Positions 35,602 to 42,271 of a stretch of 42,271 bases of DNA are shown here, piece after piece. The DNA lies in assembly GCA_051942245.1 (NCBI GenBank), contig JAVECL010000152.1, positions 1 to 42,271 of the forward strand, given 5' to 3'. The DNA is from Trypethelium eluteriae. Lineage: Eukaryota. Under the pieces are notes generated by a model. That model was given only the letters and a program-made list of their open reading frames with translations. It ran no database searches and was not told the origin of the DNA. How positions within the stretch are numbered: the stretch's first letter is position 1; each line of letters begins with the position of its first letter. The position numbers and the translations under genes were made by a program.

Positions 35602-36399
35602 CTAATAGTCCGAAACTTGGCTCTGAGGGAACTCAAAATTCACGCCTTTGCCGGTCAGGCGCTTGTACACCTCTGAATACGTATCGAGCCTATAGTCTAC
35701 GCCGCCACGCTCCTTCTCATCGAGCACAATCTTGAGAAGTTTGCTTCCATCCTCCCTCGTCCTCATACGCTTGCCTACGATTTCGACGGGGTAGACGAGG
35801 TCGGCAAGGATACCGTCGTGGACAGCTGTGAGAGTTCGTGATCGCGGACGCTTCTGGGTTTGAGAGGTACGGGAGCGATTCGATCGTTTTGGACGAGGGA
35901 GAATGCGGCGGGACGCGATGATCAGGACATGACGGTCGGAGAATTTCTTCTCGAGCTCACGGGTCAGGCTGCAGTAAGATTAGCAATAGTCTTGGACGCA
36001 GTTATCAATTATTAGGCATACCGCTGCTGCACCTTGTGAAAGCCTCCGAGAAGTGGGACAGGGACAAAGATCACAATGGCTTTCCTGCCATGGCCAACCT
36101 CAATCTAAGAGTCCTGGTGTCAGCGCTTGGCTGCCCAGTGCCCACCGCCTCTTCGTAACTTTCGAAATCGCAGACAAGTGCAGTAAAGCACTGACACTAC
36201 GTCCGGTAGGAAAATTCTCGATCGGCTACGGACTTACCTCTCGTGCGCTGGTGAATTGAAGAGGGCGCAGAGCGGTCCTCATATCCGGTGTATTGCTCTC
36301 CAATTCATATAAGGCATTGGCAATAGAGGTCTCTGTCTCGGAAGGATTGGACCTTGAAGGACTATTCGGCGCGATTTTGTTGAGCGCTGCGTTCGACAT
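35602..36399 (-). CDS. RPS7: 40S ribosomal protein eS7
   Basis: Exons 36399-36238, 36104-36022, 35968-35602: [106 protein letters not shown]. Not in the ORF track. Confidence 0.96.
36105..36237 (-). promoter_or_regulatory. Structured RPS7 intron 1 (candidate cis-regulatory RNA hairpin)
   Basis: 12-bp stem GUGUCAGUGCUU (36197-36186) / AAGCGCUGACAC (36128-36117) with one G-U pair, covering the branch point GCUGAC. Nested inner helices and a 5' hairpin are also present. Confidence 0.6.
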
Positions 36400-36938
36400 G
36401 ACGGCGACTTTGCAGTGCTTGAGATTGATAATGGTGGTTGTCGATTTGGCGCACGAAATTATATTGGTATGAGTAGATGTGCGCAGATCCTGAGAGCTCG
36501 GCTAATTGTCAAACCAAGCCAAAATGGGCTAGCTCGTCTCTGTTAACTCTCTCGCTCCTGCACCTCTCTTTTTGTCTTCGACAATTCATTTCCAACGCTG
36601 AGGCTTTGATCTAAATTCACGGCTACTTGCTCTTCGGAAGTGTCATCAAAGTGAACAGTCTTACCCGGGCTAAAAACCCAAATGTCGGCTAGGCCAAAAA
36701 CGGCGTCAGCACTGCCATCTTTGTTTTACATACTATTGAGTATTTTATGAATGGTCTGACAGCCTAAGAATTATTGTTGTTTGATCTCTCGAGTATGTTC
36801 TACTATGTAACAGCTCTAGGAACCAAGATATCGTTTTTGCTACGCCCTGCCGGTCTTCGCGTTCCTGTCGTCATGTTCAGGTGTTCCTCGCTAAATGAAT
36901 CTAAATGCAAATCGTATGGTCCGTTCCTTTTCTTTACT

Positions 36939-38315
36939 TCATAACTTCGCTGTGGCTTGAAAGTATTCATGGACTTCGTTCACGACATCATGCCCGTACA
37001 AGAATTGTGCTCTCTCTTTGTCCTTGAACATGTTGATCGACCGATCACTGATACTCTCATCCTTCATTGTTTTATCTCGCGCCTGCTGGTCCGGCCCTAT
37101 CAATCGTTAAAACTGTCGGGTCTTCAGCAAGCTATACGTACCATCTGGCATATGAAATTGAGCTCGATTTGATCGGGCTGCGTTCTTCATGTGCAACGCA
37201 CGTGGTTTACGGATCTTCTCATATGCCTGAAGAACCGACTGAACGTCTCGTGTACCAGCCTTTGCGTAATCTAAACATTCCGCCAACACAGCGGCATCTT
37301 CAACAGCACTTGAAGCACCTTGAGCTACGTACGGTAGCATCGGATGGGCAGCGTCCCCAAGCAGGACCAGGCTTCCATGTGGATGTACCCAGCGCTCCAA
37401 CGCAGGTCGGTCACGAAGCTTCCATATGTATGACTGGTCGATCTTGGACGCAATAGCCCTAATCCTTGGATCCCAGTTCTCAAAATGTTTTCGAAGCTTG
37501 TTGATATCACCTGGCGCCTTCCATGATTCCTCACCAGGCTCATCAGGCAAAGCGACAATAAAGTTGAACATTTCTCCGCCGCGTACATAATAAGTCACGG
37601 TATGACTATGTGGTCCTAGCCAGACATCTTGGTTGTACTCCAAATCCAAATCTTTCAGTAGAGGATCCTGCATCTGCTCTCGGGGTATCAGTCCACGATA
37701 AGCGCTGTCGCCAACAGATGAGCTCGGAACATCATGGCCGAGAACATGCTTTGCTAGTATGCTTCTATTCCCGTCTGCAGCAACGATGAGATCAGCAGTA
37801 GAAGACGTCCCATCCGTGAAAACAACCCTCTCTTTGCCGCCTTGGTGCACGTAATCGACAACATGTGCACTTGTTCTGCAAGTAACACCTAGTTCGTTGG
37901 CTTTCTCCAGCAATATAGCTTGCAGATCCGCTCGATGTATGTGGTAATATGGATCGCCATATTTTTTTTCCATCTGGTCATTCGCATTGAGTGCATACTC
38001 ACTGAGGATTTTTCCATCTTCCCAGCGCCTATGACGCGAGCTCAACGTATTAACACCTCTTTCATGCAGACGTTTTCCAAGCCCCCATCGTCGAAGGATT
38101 CTGGTAAAATTGGGTGTTATTTGGATACCAGCGCCAATTTCACTGACCTCAGGATCTCGTTCGTAGATAATTACTTTATGGCCCTTCGTACTCAGTCCGA
38201 CTGCCGCCGCCAGGCCTGTTGAGTATTGTCAGTATCTGGCATCTGGAAGCAAACTCAAAGATGGCTTACCTCCAATGCCGGCTCCAATGATGATGACTTC
38301 CAATCTTTCTTTCAT
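36939..38315 (-). CDS. FAD-dependent monooxygenase (group A, salicylate-hydroxylase-like), C-terminal AKL
   Basis: Exons 38315-38270, 38215-37142, 37096-36939. IIGAGIGGL, EIGAGIQITPN, IHRADL, IVAADG, LLGDAAHPMLPYVAQGASSAVED, HMPDGPDQQARD; ends QATAKL*. Confidence 0.92.
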
Positions 38316-38837
38316 GCTTTAAAATGTTCAAATCCCATTCAATCCAGGGTCTCATGAAGATTTGATGTTACGTAAACAAGCTTTCTCTGTATTCCTTGCT
38401 ACTAAGACAAAACAATGTTGAGAAAAATGATATCGGTATAGTAACTCATGCATTCATCCCAAGGGGGTCAGTCCTTCCGGAGTCCCCTCTTCTACTCAAG
38501 ACGTTATGGAGCCCCAAGCCGGAGGACGCAATGTCAGGCCACCCCTACAGAAGCTAGTCTTTTGCAGCTTACCCGATAATGATGCAAGGCTTATTGTACA
38601 TGAGCTTGGCCTTAGGCCACTGAAAGACTGGAATATGACAAGGAGCAATACGAATGCTCGAGAGGGCAAAACTCAAAAATCATTTAAGTAACACAAATAA
38701 GTGCGATTTTCAGTTCAAAATGGGATACGCCAGGCGAGCGTCTCCCATTGGAGCGTCATATGTCGCGGTCCAATCCATTTCCTGCGGTTGTACAAAAGTA
38801 GATGATCTACTATGCTCAATTCGAGCCATCTAGTTGC

Positions 38838-38921
38838 CGGAAAGCCGTGTTAGTTCATGTCAGGGATTCTTCGGTCTATCAAAGTTGCGGCAAGTCCGAA
38901 GCATTGCGGAACATCCCGCAA
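38838..38921. promoter_or_regulatory. Cluster of CGG-N4-6-CCG inverted triplets (candidate Zn(II)2Cys6 sites) upstream of the monooxygenase
   Basis: CGG-AAAG-CCG at about 38838, TTGCGG-CAAGT-CCG at 38885, TTGCGG-AACATC-CCGCAA at 38904-38921. Confidence 0.45.
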
Positions 38922-39204
38922 CCTTAGAAATTCATTAGAAGAGCTAGGTACTGGGTACGTGGGTACGGAGTACGTACTTCGGTATCAGAATACGTACACC
39001 GAACTCACACTCAAAGCAATGTGATCGCGTCTCTTTACTCAAGAATCTAGACAGGTTGATCCATGTATCAGGACAGGCAAGTGCGAATTGGGTTTATCCT
39101 CTAATTATATACACATGCATCCAATCGTCCAATACATATGCAGTACATCCTGCAAGGCATAGAAAACAATAAAACTACACACCACCCACCCACCGAGATC
39201 CCTA

Positions 39205-40146
39205 CTAAAAAAACTCATTCCGTAAAGTCCCCACCTGTTCAATCTCACACTCCACCACATCCCCCTTCCCCAACCAGACGGGGCCCCTCTTGCGAAACAT
39301 GCCGACCCCATTCGGCGTCCCCGTCATCACCAGCGTGCCCCTCTCAATCGTCCGGCCGCGGCTCAGAAACTCCAGCAGCTCGGCAATGCCAAAGATCATG
39401 TCGCCCGTCGTCCCATCCTGCACGGTGCTCCCGTTCACACGCGTCCGCATTTTTAGCTGTTGCGGCTCGCGGATCTGCTCGGCGGCCACCAGGGCGGGGC
39501 CGACGGGGCAGAAGCCGTCGTACGACTTGGCGTAGCTGAACTGCCCGCCCGAGCGCGCGCCCATCTGCCAGTCTCGCGCCGACACGTCGTTGCCGACCGT
39601 GTACGCCAGGATGTAGTCTGAGAGGTTGGATTGGAGGGAGGAGAGAGTGGCGTCTTTGATGGGGCGGCGGGTGAGGATGCAGAGCTCGTTCTCGTAGTCG
39701 ACTTGGGAGGATTGGGGAGGGATGGGGATGCGCGCGTGGGCGGAGGTGAGGGAGTTGGGGGTTTTGAGGAAGAGGATGGGGTATTCGGGGATGGGGAACT
39801 GTTGGATAACGATCAGACAGGTTCGTGTGAGAGGTTGGAGAGGATGGAAGTCAACGTACGTTGCATTCGATGGCATGATCTCGGTAATTGAGGCCGATGC
39901 AGAGGATTGCGCTTGGTTCGCATGAAGCGAGGAGCTGTGATGTGTGAGCTGCAAGACGCTGATTTGCATAGGAAAAAAGTTCACCTCTTTGACGTCCGCG
40001 ATGTCGGATGTTTTATTCAAGGAAAAGACGTCAGGTCCCGAAAACACAGTGGCTCTAGAGAATTCTGAGTCCAACGGCTCGCCATATTGGATTTTCCCTT
40101 GAGCATCTTTGAATCGGATGAGAGATTTCCATGGTGAAGCTGCCAT
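39205..40146 (-). CDS. Fumarylacetoacetate-hydrolase (FAH/FAHD) family protein
   Basis: Exons 40146-39985, 39934-39860, 39798-39205: ILCIGLNYRDHAIE, PILFLK, VDYENEL, YTVGNDVSARDWQ, AKSYDGFCPVGP, VMTGTPNGVG. Confidence 0.93.
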   Translation of the reverse strand: MAASPWKSLIRFKDAQGKIQYGEPLDSEFSRATVFSGPDVFSLNKTSDIADVKEVNFFPMQISVLQLTHHSSSLHANQAQSSASASITEIMPSNATYVDFHPLQPLTRTCLIVIQQFPIPEYPILFLKTPNSLTSAHARIPIPPQSSQVDYENELCILTRRPIKDATLSSLQSNLSDYILAYTVGNDVSARDWQMGARSGGQFSYAKSYDGFCPVGPALVAAEQIREPQQLKMRTRVNGSTVQDGTTGDMIFGIAELLEFLSRGRTIERGTLVMTGTPNGVGMFRKRGPVWLGKGDVVECEIEQVGTLRNEFF

Positions 40147-41031
40147 TGTTGAATAACGATAGTTGAAGGGAAATTTTGGAAGACGATTGGTATGGCCAAC
40201 ACGCGGACTACAGGTCCACTTGAAAGATGAAGCCACAACACTTGACAATTGCTGTCGCATTTGTAACAGACCTACCAATGCGCGGGGCTATTCCGCAGAA
40301 GTACGAAGACGCAGGGCAGGAGAGTCGTCAGAAACAGGGACCAGCTCACTGACCTCATCGTGCTCATCTGGCTCATCTACAGGCTCGGTCTCGGTGAGGT
40401 GAGCAGTTTCGCACGCGGTTCGATTTCGGCATGTCGTCAACCTCCTCCCATCCTCTCGTATTCCGGTACTCTTTCTCCTTCCACCCATCTTACCCGGTCT
40501 GATCAGTCCTTAGTCCCACTGATCGACAACCGGCAATGTCTTGAGACTCTTCGTCTTTATGCCGACCGCTGCTACACGTGGCAACTTCACTTTCAAGCGG
40601 TATGATTCAGTGTGATGTCAAAATACGGGATAGCTTCAATCGAATATCGTCGCGTCTTAGATTAGCCTAATTACCATACAACAGGATACCTCACAAGAGA
40701 AAAGATAAGTTCTTAGCAGCTGTCGTAATAGAGAATGTCTGAAGTGGATTGCGAAAGCGAGCACCATGTAAACACCGGATCCTCTCCTTTAATGAAGGCT
40801 GTGAGTTGGCAAGGTCCTCGAAGAAGCAACGATCGGGTCAGTGGGCATTGTGGGGGAAGAGGATGGAAGCTCCCCACCGGCACGACATTGGACCCCTCCT
40901 CCATCATTGCCCGAGCTGTGTGACTGTGTGCTTGGTGCTCAAGGTAGATACAAAAATGAAGCAGGATCAGGCAAGTTCTCGAGTTTCAGCATTGCTTTTC
41001 CACTTAACACGAAAACACGTCTCCGTCTACC

Positions 41032-42271
41032 ATGCCGAACGAATATAAGAATCTCCACGTCATTGATAAAGAAAGCTTTCCTTATATCTACGAACGCGAT
41101 GTAGACGTTCCTTTGAAGACCTTCGAAACAGGCCTCATTCGCGTTAATGTCTATCGTCCAAAGGATTCTGAGACTGGCGCAAAATACCCTGTACTCGTAA
41201 CGTACGGCCCTTACGGTAAAGACGCGTACTACGAGACTTTCCGTAAACCTTCTTTCGACGAAGTCAATCCCGAGCACAAAAGTCTTCACTCAGCATGGGA
41301 GACGCCGGACCCACAATATTGGACCGCTAGAGGATATGCGGTTGTCAGAGCGGATGAAAGAGGCATTGGCCAGAGCCCAGGTGTGATGGATACCATGAGT
41401 CGAGGAACAAGTGACGCCTTCTTTGATGTTGTAGAATGGTCTGCGAGCCAGCCATGGTCTAATGGAAAGGTGGGACTCTTGGGGATCAGCTATTACGCTG
41501 GCAGTCAATGGAGGGTCGCGGCGAGGAAGCCCAAAGGTCTGGCAGCTATCGTCCCGTGGGAGGGGATGTCCGACTATTATAGAGATCGGGTCAGACATGG
41601 AGGTATCCTCTCCAATAAGTTCATAGGTGGGTCCCCCTGGAAGACGTTGCGTCATAGACATTGCTGACAGCAACTTGAGACTTTTGGTGGAATGTTCAGG
41701 TTATCCCGAATCAATATGGCAAAGCAAGAAAAGAAGGCGGACCCTTTGATGAGACTAGAGAGGGCCGGCTAAGTAATGAAGAACTTCAAGCAAACCTCAA
41801 TGATCAGACTGTAGATACGCCCAAGTACAAATTCCGGGACGAGGAATATTACAGAAACAGAGATTACAATCTCGAGGACATCGAGGTTCCTTTGCTTAGC
41901 GTAGCTAACTGGGGTGGGATCCTGCTTCATCTTCGTGGAAATGTCGAGGGCTACGTCCATGCTGGCTCCCCCATTAAATATCTCCGCTTCATAACTGGTC
42001 GACACGATCTCCCCTTCTATTACACGGAAGAAGCTCAGCTACAGCAATCATTTCTTGACGCCTTCCTCAAAGGTGAAGACAAAGTCGGCTGGTCCCAACC
42101 CGGCAAAGTCCCCCCAGTCTCCGTCATCCTCCGCGAAGGCGACGTCGGTTTCAACAACGCAGAAGCCGAAAGAGCGTACAAACGGCGCGAAGAGTCCAGC
42201 TGGCCCCTCCCATCCACACAATACCGCCGCTTCTACCTGACGCCGTCCTCGCACCTCACCCCGGACGCCCC
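41032..42271 (+). CDS. CocE/NonD-family alpha/beta hydrolase (peptidase S15-like), 3'-truncated by window edge
   Basis: YPVLVTYGPYGKD, WTARGYAVVRADERGIGQSPG, QPWSNGKVGLLGISYYAG (GxSY nucleophile), PWEGMSDYYRD. After intron 41627-41679: DFWWNVQV..VPLLSVANWGGILLHLRGN..TGRHDLPFY. Confidence 0.9.

Noticed and set aside
38141..38150. GAG|GTCAGT apparent splice donor in the monooxygenase
   Set aside because: The frame reads straight through into the conserved EIGAGIQ motif, so no intron is needed.
40400..40440. GGTTCGATTTC resembling a tRNA T-loop
   Set aside because: No acceptor, D or anticodon stems around it.

Overview
Intron-rich filamentous-ascomycete (Pezizomycotina) genomic DNA. There is no bacterial-type organisation, CRISPR array, rRNA or recognisable tRNA. 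I reconstructed 17 protein-coding genes by hand-splicing. In order: partial isochorismatase-family hydrolase, mitochondrial calcium uniporter MCU, HET-domain protein, TPR+SET methyltransferase, an HhH-GPD-like protein head-to-head with an ERCC6L2/Rad26-like SNF2 ATPase, NDUFA1, PHD-MYST acetyltransferase (Sas3/Mst2-type), velvet factor VosA, UPF0390/DUF2462 protein, dynactin p62, NDUFAF5, a NYN-like/CCCH protein, GST, RPS7, and a probable aromatic-catabolism trio (FAD monooxygenase, FAH-family hydrolase, partial CocE/NonD hydrolase). NDUFA1, vosA, DUF2462 and RPS7 are largely missed by the ORF track. The most interesting signals are: (i) an RPS7 intron that folds into a long hairpin covering its own branch point and part of its 5' splice site; (ii) six recurrent GC-rich islands with a C-rich to G-rich skew switch inside gene bodies; (iii) the divergent HhH-protein/ERCC6L2 pair; (iv) a 4-nt micro-exon in NDUFA1; (v) the catabolic trio with a PTS1 signal and clustered CGG-Nx-CCG sites; (vi) clustered CATTCY sites upstream of vosA. 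Family calls come from remembered motifs, not database searches.
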